Of a stretch of DNA of 64,000 nt, positions 49,194-57,760 are shown piece after piece. The translations under genes and the position numbers were made by a program. Origin of the DNA: Myxococcota bacterium (GTDB lineage: Bacteria > Myxococcota_A > UBA796 > CAJQPC01). Under the pieces are notes generated by a model, which worked only from the letters and a program-made list of their open reading frames with translations, did no database searches and was not told where the DNA came from. Numbering within the stretch: position 1 is the stretch's first letter; every line of letters begins with the position of its first letter. The stretch is taken from assembly GCA_036229005.1 (NCBI GenBank), contig JAZAMN010000032.1, positions 1 through 64,000 on the forward strand, given 5' to 3'.

Positions 49194-50023
49194 TCGCCCT
49201 GCTCCTGGCCTGCACCGTGGACACCAGCGAGGTCACCTCGTCTGCGGACACAGCCCTGCCGAGTGTGGAGCGCCCAGCGGCCCAAGCGGTGTGGGACGCG
49301 GCGACGACCGAGCAGGTCCTCTCCGAGACCCTGGCCGAAGGCTTCCCGTCTCCCTGGCGCGGCATCGAGCTCTACTTCGAGATGCTCACCCACGGCGACG
49401 CCTACTGCCCGGCCAGCACGGAGTTCATCGACGACCAGTTCGTCAACGGCTGCGACGCCTCGACGGGGTGGTGGTACTCGGGGGTGTCGACCTGGGAGAC
49501 CGGCCAGGAGCCCGTCGACGAGATGACGGTGGAGTACGCGGCGGCCGTGGGCGACTACCTGGTGCTGGACCCGGACGGGCAGCAGTTCGAGTGCGGCGGA
49601 CACCAGGCCACGGGCGTGGTGCGGGACAGCTCGGGGCAGGCCCAGGAGGTGTTCGCGGAGCACAAGGGCTCGTTCTGGTGGGAGGGCGATGACGGCGTCT
49701 ACCGGGACCCGGTGAGCGGCGCCCTGAACCTGTCGCTGCGCCAATCCCCGGACGGACGGCGCATGGAGATGAGCGGCGCGCTGCAGGTGCTGGGGACCTC
49801 GACCTACGTGGACGGGGTGTTCAGCGAGTCCTGCGATTGGCAGCTCTCCGAAGGCTCGATGCGCGTCCGGGACCCCTCGGGCGGCTGGATCACCTGGACG
49901 CCGGAGCCCTGCACCTCCTGCGGGCCGATCCACTTCTCCGACGGGACCGCGCTCGGAGAGATCTGTGTGGACACCACGGCCATGGTGATGGCCCAGAGCC
50001 AAGCGCTGGAGCTGCTCCAATGA
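49190..50023 (+). CDS. Hypothetical lipoprotein
   Basis: MIALLLAC; translationally coupled on both sides. Confidence 0.75.
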   Translation: MIALLLACTVDTSEVTSSADTALPSVERPAAQAVWDAATTEQVLSETLAEGFPSPWRGIELYFEMLTHGDAYCPASTEFIDDQFVNGCDASTGWWYSGVSTWETGQEPVDEMTVEYAAAVGDYLVLDPDGQQFECGGHQATGVVRDSSGQAQEVFAEHKGSFWWEGDDGVYRDPVSGALNLSLRQSPDGRRMEMSGALQVLGTSTYVDGVFSESCDWQLSEGSMRVRDPSGGWITWTPEPCTSCGPIHFSDGTALGEICVDTTAMVMAQSQALELLQ

Positions 50024-51594
50024 CCCTGCTCCTCTGGCTGGCCTGCGGCGGCCCCACCCCCCAGGACAGCGCCCCCGTCTCCGCCCAGGTGGAGCAGCTC
50101 GACGCCCCGCGCCTGCTGCGCCGCGCGAGCCTGGACCTGCGCGGAAAGCTCCCGAGCAACGCCGAGCTCTGGCTGGTCGAACAGGACCCCGACGCCTACC
50201 CCGAGCTGGTGGCCGAGTACCTGGAGGACCCCGCGTTCGAGGACCGCATGGTCGAGCTGCTGCAGGAGCGGTGGTGGACCAAGGTGGACATCTTCGACGT
50301 GCCGCCCAGCGACTACTTCCTGCCCAGCTCCCAGGAGTTCCCCTACGCCCAGTCCGTGGGCGAAGAACCCCTGCGCCTGATGGCCCACGTGATCGCGAAC
50401 GACCGGCCCTACACGGAGATCGTGACCGCCGACTACACGATGGCCAACGAGCTGCTGGCGGAGATCTGGCCCCTGGAGCGCGAAGCCGGCGAGGGCTGGA
50501 CGCAGGCCACCTATGTGGACGGGCGACCGGGGGTGGGCGTGCTGTCCACGAACGGGCTGTGGTGGCGCTACACGACCACCGACTCCAACATGAACCGCAG
50601 CCGGGCGACGGCCATGGCGCGGCTGCTGCTCTGCGCCGACTACCTGGGCCGCCCCATCTCCTTCTCCGAGGGAGAGGAGGTCGTCGCGGTCGAGGACGCC
50701 GTCAAGAACGACCCCTACTGCCTGGCCTGCCACGCGACCATCGACCCGCTGGCGGCCAACCTCTTTGGCTTCTGGTGGCTGAGCCTGTATTCGCGGGTCG
50801 AAGAGGAGAGCTACCACCCCGAGCGCGAGTCCCTGGCCGAGGACTTCCTGGGCGTGAACCCGGCCTACTTCGGCACCCCCATCGCCGGCCTCAGCGAGCT
50901 GGGCTGGGCGATGAGCCAGGACCCGCGCTTCTACTCCTGCGCGGTGGACAGCACCGCCGAGCTGCTCTGGCGGCGCCCCCTCACGGCCCAGGACCGCGCC
51001 ACCCTGGAGCCGCTGCGCCAGGACTTCGTGGATCAGGGCGCGCTGCTCAAGCCCCTGATGGCCGAGCTGCTCCAGGCGGAGGCCTACGGGGCGGCCCCGG
51101 ACAGCGCGCTGCACAACGGGGAGCTGCGCATGATGCCGCCCTCGATGCTGGAGAGCGCCCTCTACCAGGTCACCGGGTTCGCCTGGACCGAGAACGGCTA
51201 CGCCCAGCTCCAGAACGATGTCTACGGCTACCGCATCCTGGCGGGCGGCGTGGACGGCTACGCGGTGACCGAGCCCCAGACCCGCCCGGGCCTGCCCTGG
51301 GCCCTGGTGACCAAGCGCTCCGCCGAGATCGCGGCCTCCAAGACCCTGACCCAGGCCCAGGACGGCATGGGGCTGCTGGGCCACGCGCCGCTGCAGGAGG
51401 GCACCGCGAGCGGGGAGTTCGAAGCCGTGGTGGAGGAGACCTTCTTCAGGCTCACCGCCGTGCACCTGACCCCCTCGGAGCTCGACAGCTACGCCGGTCT
51501 CTGGGACGAGGTCAACGCGCAGGACGGCCCCGAGGCCGCCTGGCAGGTGCTGTTCACGGTGATGCTGCGGGACCCGCGCTTCCTGACCTACTGA
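50020..51594 (+). CDS. DUF1585/1588-like (Planctomycete cytochrome-related) lipoprotein with CxxCH
   Basis: MTLLLWLAC; RLLRRASLDLRG..P; GVLST; NRSRA; CLACH..IDP. Confidence 0.75.
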   Translation: MTLLLWLACGGPTPQDSAPVSAQVEQLDAPRLLRRASLDLRGKLPSNAELWLVEQDPDAYPELVAEYLEDPAFEDRMVELLQERWWTKVDIFDVPPSDYFLPSSQEFPYAQSVGEEPLRLMAHVIANDRPYTEIVTADYTMANELLAEIWPLEREAGEGWTQATYVDGRPGVGVLSTNGLWWRYTTTDSNMNRSRATAMARLLLCADYLGRPISFSEGEEVVAVEDAVKNDPYCLACHATIDPLAANLFGFWWLSLYSRVEEESYHPERESLAEDFLGVNPAYFGTPIAGLSELGWAMSQDPRFYSCAVDSTAELLWRRPLTAQDRATLEPLRQDFVDQGALLKPLMAELLQAEAYGAAPDSALHNGELRMMPPSMLESALYQVTGFAWTENGYAQLQNDVYGYRILAGGVDGYAVTEPQTRPGLPWALVTKRSAEIAASKTLTQAQDGMGLLGHAPLQEGTASGEFEAVVEETFFRLTAVHLTPSELDSYAGLWDEVNAQDGPEAAWQVLFTVMLRDPRFLTY

Positions 51595-51616
51595 GCGGCG
51601 CCCCGAGCCCCGCGCA

Positions 51617-52591
51617 TCAGCGGGTGACGGTGAAGCTGCCGGTGTAGTCGACCGTGTAGCCCGAGTAGACCGTGGTGCCGCTGACGCTGCCCTCCAGGGT
51701 GCCGCCCTTGGCGCTGGTGAACCCGCCGGTCCAGCTATCGCTGATCAGCCCGCCCACGTCGATGGTGCCGGAGGCCGAGTCGTCCGAGAAGAGCTCGCCG
51801 TCCACCGTGGCGGTCTGGGAGCCGATGATGCTGGCCAGGATGCCCGAGAAGGAGCAGCTCATGGTGCCGTCGATCTGGGGGGTGTCCGCCTCGGCCACGT
51901 CGATGGTGGCGGTGCCGCTGCAGGTGTCACTGACCCCCAGCGAGGAGGCGGTGACCTTGAGCTCCATGGTGCCCGAGTAGCTGCCGTCCCAGCCCGCGCC
52001 GCCGCACTCATCCCACACGCTGGGGTCGCCATCGTCGCAGTCGTCGTTGTTGTCGACGTAGCTGTCCCAGGGATCACAGGCGGCCAGCCTGGCGTCGCCG
52101 GTCCCGTAGCCGTCGCCGTCCGCGTCCTCCCACCAACTCCCATAGGTGGCCGGATCCACGCCGCTGTCATCGTCGTCAGCGAGGCCATTGCAGTCCTCGT
52201 CCAGGTCGTCGGGGTCGCAGACCTCCTGGGCGTCGGGGTTCACCAGGGGGTTGGTGTCGTCGCAGTCCAGGCCGTTGTCGACCGCGTTCAGTGGCACCTC
52301 GCAGGCGGACACGGTCTCCGAGGAGCCGAAGCCGTCCCCGTCCATGTCCAGGTGGTAGGCCACGGTGTCGATGGCCCCATTGTCCACCTCTCCGTCGCAG
52401 TCGTTGTCGACGCCGTCGCACACCTCATCGGCGCCGGGCGTGCGGAGGGGGTCGTCATCGTCGCAGTCCTCGCCCTCCGGGGAGCCGTCCTGGTCCGCGT
52501 CCACGACCCCGGGATCGCTGTCTCCGGGGAGGGTGGCGGTGTCGTCCAGACTCACGGAACCGCCGGCGCAGGCCAGAAGCATCAACAGCAT
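51617..52591 (-). CDS. Lipoprotein with DCDD/'putative metal-binding motif' repeats
   Basis: MLLMLLAC; DCDD...[15 protein letters not shown] repeats. Confidence 0.82.
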   Translation of the reverse strand: MLLMLLACAGGSVSLDDTATLPGDSDPGVVDADQDGSPEGEDCDDDDPLRTPGADEVCDGVDNDCDGEVDNGAIDTVAYHLDMDGDGFGSSETVSACEVPLNAVDNGLDCDDTNPLVNPDAQEVCDPDDLDEDCNGLADDDDSGVDPATYGSWWEDADGDGYGTGDARLAACDPWDSYVDNNDDCDDGDPSVWDECGGAGWDGSYSGTMELKVTASSLGVSDTCSGTATIDVAEADTPQIDGTMSCSFSGILASIIGSQTATVDGELFSDDSASGTIDVGGLISDSWTGGFTSAKGGTLEGSVSGTTVYSGYTVDYTGSFTVTR

Positions 52592-52655
52592 GGGAGCTCT
52601 CCTTTGGCGCCCAGCATGACCGGCGATGGGGGCCTTGGCAAGATAGGCTCCCGCC

Positions 52656-53246
52656 ATGCCCTTCGGTCTGCTGCACGCCCTGCTGTGGGGCCTCTCCTCC
52701 GCGATCGCCCTGCTCTGGTGGGGGACCCCCTCGCCCGGGCTGCTCGCCGCGGTGCTCCTGACCCCCGCCCTGCCCGCCGGCCTCAGCAAGCGCTGGACCT
52801 GGTGGCCAGCCTCCCTGGTGGGTCCCATCGCGGCCCTGCTGCTGTTCTCGGCGACCATCGCGACCGTCCCCCGGGTCCTGTCGCTCCCCCCGGTCGAGGA
52901 CCCCCTGGCGGCCGAGAGCTCCCTGGCCCTGGACATGCTGGCGGCGGCCATCCTGGTGTCCGGCTTCGTCGCTCCCCCGCTGGAGGCCCTGGTGCAGCGC
53001 GCGACCCTGCGTCCCCAGACACCGGAGCGGCTCTTCTCGCGGCTCGTTCAGGCGAACTACATCGCCGTGGGCGCGGCGGTGGGCCTGCTGGCGATTCTCT
53101 GGCAGCTTCCTCTGGATCGGCTGACCGAGTGGTCCCCCACGCTGACCCCGCCGCGGGTCGCGACGGTGCTGGTGGCGGCCCTGATCGGCGGCGTTCGCGG
53201 CGGCAGCTTCCACCGAGTGCTGCGGGACCTCCCAAAAGGGGGATAG
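52656..53246 (+). CDS. Hypothetical multi-pass membrane protein
   Basis: Five to six hydrophobic segments. Confidence 0.65.
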   Translation: MPFGLLHALLWGLSSAIALLWWGTPSPGLLAAVLLTPALPAGLSKRWTWWPASLVGPIAALLLFSATIATVPRVLSLPPVEDPLAAESSLALDMLAAAILVSGFVAPPLEALVQRATLRPQTPERLFSRLVQANYIAVGAAVGLLAILWQLPLDRLTEWSPTLTPPRVATVLVAALIGGVRGGSFHRVLRDLPKGG

Positions 53247-53255
53247 GGTGGCCCC

Positions 53256-54359
53256 ATGCTGCTGACACTGCTCCTGGCCTGCACCGAGAACGAGGTGATC
53301 GTGCGCGACCGCACGGACACCTTCGCTCAGGACCCCGCCGACAAGGTGGACATCCTGCTCGTCATCGACAACTCGGCGTCGATGATGCCCTACCAGGAGG
53401 AGCTCTCCGGCCACTTCTCCAGCTTCATCCAGGCGTTCACCGAAGCGAACACCGACTACCACATCGGCGTGACCTCCACGACCCTGGGCGAGCCCCTGCC
53501 CGTCGGGACCTACGGCTGCACCGTGCCCGAGTTCTGGGAGGTCCCGGAGGACGGCGCGCTGGCCGGTCCGCTGATCATCGCCCCGGGCACCCCCAACGCG
53601 GAGCTCCGCTTTGAGCAGCTCGTCCAGCTCGGCACCTGCGGCTCCGGCGCCGAGGCGGGCCTGGAGGCCGGCTGGCTGGCCCTGAACGACCGGGTGGAGG
53701 ACGGCAGCAACCGCGGCTTCCTGCGCGAGGACGCCCCCCTGTCCGTGATCTTCGTCTCCGACGAGGAGGACAGCTCCCTGCACAGCCCGATCCAGTACGC
53801 CCAGATGTTCCAGGAGCTCAAGCGCGGGCACAGCCGGGACGCGTTCGTGGCCTCGGCCCTGGTGAGCACCACCTCGGACGGGCTGGCCTGCGGGGACATC
53901 GAGTACCCGCCGGTCCAGGGCAGCCGCTACATGGAGCTCGCCAACCTGACCGGCGGCGTGATCGGGGACATCTGCAGCACCGACTTCGGGCCCATCGTGA
54001 GCCAGCTCGGCCTGGCCAGCTCCAGCCTGCTGGACACCTTCTACCTGAGCGAGGACCCCAACCCCCTCACCCTCGAGGTCCGCATCGGCGAAGAGGAGCC
54101 CATCCCCTGCGAGTCCGGGGTCTGGAGCTACCAGCGCGTGCCCGGTCCCGACAGCGATGAGCAGCCGGCGATCGTGTTCTCGGCGGACAACCTGCCCGAC
54201 CCCAGCGCGCAGATCACGGTCTACTACGAGTACGGAAACGGCGACCCCGAGAGCTTCTGCCCGGACGGCGTGACCCCCACGGACTCCGGCGACAGCGGAG
54301 ACAGCGGCGACTCGGGCGACAGCGGCGACTCGGGTGACAGCGGAGACAGCGGCGAATGA
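53256..54359 (+). CDS. VWA-like lipoprotein with a (DSG)8 tail
   Basis: MLLTLLLAC; VDILLVIDNSASM (DxSxS MIDAS); FLREDA.L.VIFVSDEED. Confidence 0.8.
   Translation: MLLTLLLACTENEVIVRDRTDTFAQDPADKVDILLVIDNSASMMPYQEELSGHFSSFIQAFTEANTDYHIGVTSTTLGEPLPVGTYGCTVPEFWEVPEDGALAGPLIIAPGTPNAELRFEQLVQLGTCGSGAEAGLEAGWLALNDRVEDGSNRGFLREDAPLSVIFVSDEEDSSLHSPIQYAQMFQELKRGHSRDAFVASALVSTTSDGLACGDIEYPPVQGSRYMELANLTGGVIGDICSTDFGPIVSQLGLASSSLLDTFYLSEDPNPLTLEVRIGEEEPIPCESGVWSYQRVPGPDSDEQPAIVFSADNLPDPSAQITVYYEYGNGDPESFCPDGVTPTDSGDSGDSGDSGDSGDSGDSGDSGE
54282..54353 (+). repeat. 9-bp coding tandem repeat x8 (Asp-Ser-Gly)
   Basis: GAC-(TCC/AGC/TCG)-GGN x8 with synonymous variation. Confidence 0.9.
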
Positions 54360-54853
54360 CCCTCTTTCTGACCTTGATGATGGCGTGCGAGCCCACGCCC
54401 GAGTGCGTCGAGAACACCGACTGCGGCCAGGGCCAGGCCTGCATCGCCGACACCTGCCAGACCGTGGAGTGCATGACCAGCGGCGTCTGCACCCTGGGGC
54501 AGTACTGCGACCTGGAGACCTACACCTGCCAGGCGGGCTGCGGCACCGACCAGGACTGCTGGGCGGGCCAGACCTGCGGCGCGGAGGGCGAGTGCGTGGT
54601 CCCCGAGTGCACGGACAGCCAGCGCGACTGCGCGGTGGGCGAGATCTGCACCAACGGCGCCTGCCTGGACGACGGGGGGAGCTGTGATAGCTGCTCCGGT
54701 GGCTGCCCGGCGGGGTTCTCCTGCTGGGGCGGGGTCTACTGCATGAAGACCTGCGTGACCCAGTCGGACTGCCCCGCGGCCTTCTCCTGCGCCGAAGACC
54801 AGGGCATCTGCTACAACGACTGCTCCTGGCTGCGGCAGAACGGCTACCCCTGA
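54356..54853 (+). CDS. Cys-rich lipoprotein
   Basis: MTLFLTLMMAC; repeated C-x4-C-x2-GQ-x-C units. Confidence 0.8.
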   Translation: MTLFLTLMMACEPTPECVENTDCGQGQACIADTCQTVECMTSGVCTLGQYCDLETYTCQAGCGTDQDCWAGQTCGAEGECVVPECTDSQRDCAVGEICTNGACLDDGGSCDSCSGGCPAGFSCWGGVYCMKTCVTQSDCPAAFSCAEDQGICYNDCSWLRQNGYP

Positions 54854-54919
54854 GCCCGCAGGGGGCTGGTCCACGGACAGGTGACCTCGCTGGTGGCCAG
54901 AGGGCCAAGGGTGGGGTGC

Positions 54920-54950
54920 AAAGAAAAAGCCCCGGCGGTGAACCGGGGCT
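54920..54950 (-). terminator. Rho-independent terminator of the 54975-55283 gene
   Basis: Minus strand reads AGCCCCGG-ttcaccg-CCGGGGCT followed by TTTTCTTT. Confidence 0.8.
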
Positions 54951-54974
54951 CTCTGCGTTCAGCGATCTGCGCGA

Positions 54975-55283
54975 TCAGGCGTAGTAGCTGTCGCTGCTCT
55001 CACCCTCATCCTCATCGGACTCGATCTGGATGGTCGGGGTGCCGCGGACGGGCTCGGGCATCTCCTCGGAGAGCTTGGCGTAGCAGGCGCTGCAGACGGC
55101 GAGCTCGCGCACGATCTCCCAGCCCAGAGCCTCGGAGCGCTGGTAGCGGCCCTTCATCTTCTTCTTCTTGCGGCCCTTGGGGGCGCTGTCGGCCTGGTAG
55201 GTGCGGGGGCGGGTCTCGACGACGATGCGGTTGACCTTGGTGCCGGCGGCAACGAGGACACCGCAGTTCTGGCAGCGGTACAT
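54975..55283 (-). CDS. Small putative zinc-binding protein
   Basis: CQNC...CSAC, basic KGRKKKKMKGR stretch and acidic tail; SD GGAG; own terminator. Confidence 0.75.
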   Translation of the reverse strand: MYRCQNCGVLVAAGTKVNRIVVETRPRTYQADSAPKGRKKKKMKGRYQRSEALGWEIVRELAVCSACYAKLSEEMPEPVRGTPTIQIESDEDEGESSDSYYA

Positions 55284-55378
55284 TCAGTCTCCAAAAGCGG
55301 GGCGCTTCCATTGACGGAACACCCTTCAGAGGTTCAACCCGGCCCCTCTATAGCGTAGGGCCGGGGAGATCAAGGCGA

Positions 55379-56536
55379 TCAAGCCCGAGTCAGCACCAAG
55401 CGCGTGATCTCCTGGGCCGCGCCGAGGCGGATCGGGGGCCCCCAATAGGTGGTCCCGCGGTTCACGTAGAGCCAGCTCCGCTCCACCTTGTGCAGGCCCG
55501 CGACGAAGGGCTGGGCCAGGTGGATCAGCAGGGTGAAGGGGAAGAACTGGCCCGCGTGCGTGTGGCCCGAGAGCACCAGATCCCAGCCCGCGATCGCCGC
55601 GTCGTAGATGGAGCGAGGCTGGTGGGCCAGCAGCACCCTGGGCACACCGTCCGGGGCGCCCTCCAGCGCAGCATGGGGGTCACTGCGGTGCTCAGCGAGG
55701 TGCTCTGCAGCCGACAGATCCGCGACACCCCCGACCACCAGGCGCCGCCCGCGGTGCTCCAGGACCACGTGCTCGTCCACCAACACCCGCACGCCCAGCG
55801 CCGACTGCAGGTGCGCGCACCACTCCGCCGCCCCCGAGTAGTACTCATGGTTCCCGGTGGAGAACACAACCCCGTGGGTGGCCCGGATGTCAGCCAGCGC
55901 CGCCACCTGCGGGCCCAGGTCCGCGACGCTTCCGTCCACCAGATCGCCGGTGATCGCGACCAGATCCGCGCCCTGTGCGTTGAGCGCGTCGACGATCGCC
56001 TGGAGCTGCCCGCCGTTGACCGTCGGCCCCACGTGGATGTCGGAGACCTGCAGGATCGTGAAGCCCTCCAGCTCCTCCGGCAGCCCGTCGATGGGGACCT
56101 GCACGTCCTGCACCTCGGCGAGCTGCCGCGCCTTGGCGAAGCCCACCAGCCCCACGCCCGCGGCGGTCCCCAGGGCCCCCAGGTTCAGCCCGCTCTTGAG
56201 GAAGCGACGGCGCTCGGGGTCCTTGGGCAGCGCGGGCACCAGCTTGTCCAGGCCGCGCCCCGCGAGCCACACCAGGTCCACGGCGACGGTCAGGAAGAAG
56301 GCCGCGCCGAACACGCCCAGGGTCATGTAGCCCAGCAGCGAGAGCGCCTTGGCCCAGCCCGCCGGGTTCCCCCGCAGCCCATAGGGGACAAAGAGCAGCC
56401 CAAAGGCGACCACAGCAACGGCGATCACCGCCCAACGACGGGCCCCTTCGAGCTGGCCGTCCCGGATCACCCTGAAGGCGAGGTAGCCGTGGGCGCTGAG
56501 CAGGAGGGCGGTGAAGACCAGGATGAAGATCGGCAT
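55379..56536 (-). CDS. Membrane-anchored metallophosphoesterase (YkuE/YaeI-like)
   Basis: N-terminal TMs, SDIH, TGDLVD, GNHEYY, LAHQP and SGHTHAGQ motifs. Confidence 0.9.
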   Translation of the reverse strand: MPIFILVFTALLLSAHGYLAFRVIRDGQLEGARRWAVIAVAVVAFGLLFVPYGLRGNPAGWAKALSLLGYMTLGVFGAAFFLTVAVDLVWLAGRGLDKLVPALPKDPERRRFLKSGLNLGALGTAAGVGLVGFAKARQLAEVQDVQVPIDGLPEELEGFTILQVSDIHVGPTVNGGQLQAIVDALNAQGADLVAITGDLVDGSVADLGPQVAALADIRATHGVVFSTGNHEYYSGAAEWCAHLQSALGVRVLVDEHVVLEHRGRRLVVGGVADLSAAEHLAEHRSDPHAALEGAPDGVPRVLLAHQPRSIYDAAIAGWDLVLSGHTHAGQFFPFTLLIHLAQPFVAGLHKVERSWLYVNRGTTYWGPPIRLGAAQEITRLVLTRA

Positions 56537-56565
56537 GACCCGGTCTAGCCCAAGGCAGCCGGCTC

Positions 56566-56691
56566 TGTGCACCAGCCGGCGCTTGTGGACGATCCACAGG
56601 GCGATCCACACCCCCACAAGTGACGCTTCAACGCCGATCCTCGGCTTGTCAAAATCGAGTTGTCCACAACTGGGGATAGAGCTGTTGACAG
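56566..56691. promoter_or_regulatory. Cluster of DnaA-box-like 9-mers
   Basis: TTGTCCACA 56660; CGATCCACA 56590 and 56602; reverse-strand TCGTCCACA 56584, CTATCCCCA 56671, TGGTGCACA 56566 and CTGTCAACA 56683. Confidence 0.55.
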
Positions 56692-56746
56692 GTCAAGCAG
56701 GCCCCTAGACCAACACCTTCGCTCTGGGTTGCACTACCATGCCCCC

Positions 56747-57760
56747 ATGTCCGCACAGGCCTTCCTGTTGGCGGCGGGTTTCGGGACCCGCCTGCGCCCC
56801 CTCACCCAAGACTGTCCAAAGCCCCTGGTGCCCGTCTGCGGCGTGCCCATGCTGGACTACGCCCTCGCGCTGCTGCGCAAGAACGGCATCCACAGCGCGG
56901 TGGTCAACGCCCACTGGTGCGCGCCCCGCATCCAGCAGTGGGCCGACCGGCACCTGGAGCGCTCGCCCGAGCTGCGCCTGCATGTGTCGATGGAGCTCCC
57001 GGAGATCCTGGGCACCGGCGGCGGCCTCAAGGCGGTACAGGAGCAGCTCGACGAGCGCTTCGTGATCGTCAACGGGGACATCCTCTGCGACGTGGACCTG
57101 CGCGGGCTGCTGGCGGGTCTGGACACACACAGCGCGGTGATGGCCCTCCGTGTCCTCGGGCCGGCCGAGACCTACGGCGTGGTGGCGCAGGACGCAGAGG
57201 GCAAGGTGGTGGACCTGGTCGGTCTGGCGCAGACAGAGCCGCTGGAGCCCGTGGACCGCAGCCAGCACTTCACCGGAGTGCACGCCCTGCGCCGCGAGGT
57301 GCTGGATCGGGTGCCCGAGGGGTTCGCCTGCATCGTCCGCACCGCCTACACCGAGCTCGTGCGCGAGGGCCGCGTCGGGGGTGTCCCGCACACGGGGACC
57401 TGGTTCGACGTGGGCACGCCCCAGGCCTACCTGGAGGCCAACCTGCAGGCGCTCCGGGGCGCCCTGGCGCTCCCCCTGGACCCCCACGCCCAGGCCGCGC
57501 TGTATCTGTCGGAGGGGAGCCGGCTGGAGCGTGATGGGAGCATCCTTGTCGGACCGCTCTGGGTCGGCGAGTCGGTCACCATCGCGCCAGGATCCGTGGT
57601 GGGCCCCGAGGTCATCCTGGGCCACGGCGCCAGCGTCCAGCAGGGCGCGAAGCTGACCCGCACGGTGGTCTGGGAGGGCTGCTCCGTCCCGGCAGAGTCG
57701 GCGCTGGATCGCTGCATCGTCTACGATGGAGGCACCCTGGAGCTTGAGCCGAGCCCGTGA
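56747..57760 (+). CDS. Sugar-phosphate nucleotidyltransferase (mannose-1-P guanylyltransferase/MurU-like)
   Basis: LAAGFGTRLRPLT...PKPL, ILGTGGG, VNGD and WFDVGTP motifs, with a left-handed beta-helix tail. Confidence 0.9.
   Translation: MSAQAFLLAAGFGTRLRPLTQDCPKPLVPVCGVPMLDYALALLRKNGIHSAVVNAHWCAPRIQQWADRHLERSPELRLHVSMELPEILGTGGGLKAVQEQLDERFVIVNGDILCDVDLRGLLAGLDTHSAVMALRVLGPAETYGVVAQDAEGKVVDLVGLAQTEPLEPVDRSQHFTGVHALRREVLDRVPEGFACIVRTAYTELVREGRVGGVPHTGTWFDVGTPQAYLEANLQALRGALALPLDPHAQAALYLSEGSRLERDGSILVGPLWVGESVTIAPGSVVGPEVILGHGASVQQGAKLTRTVVWEGCSVPAESALDRCIVYDGGTLELEPSP

Noticed and set aside
56685..56711. TTGACA as a sigma70 -35 element
   Set aside because: The nearest -10-like hexamer is only 15 bp away and imperfect. 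The TACCAT-N6-ATG signature explains the downstream gene better.
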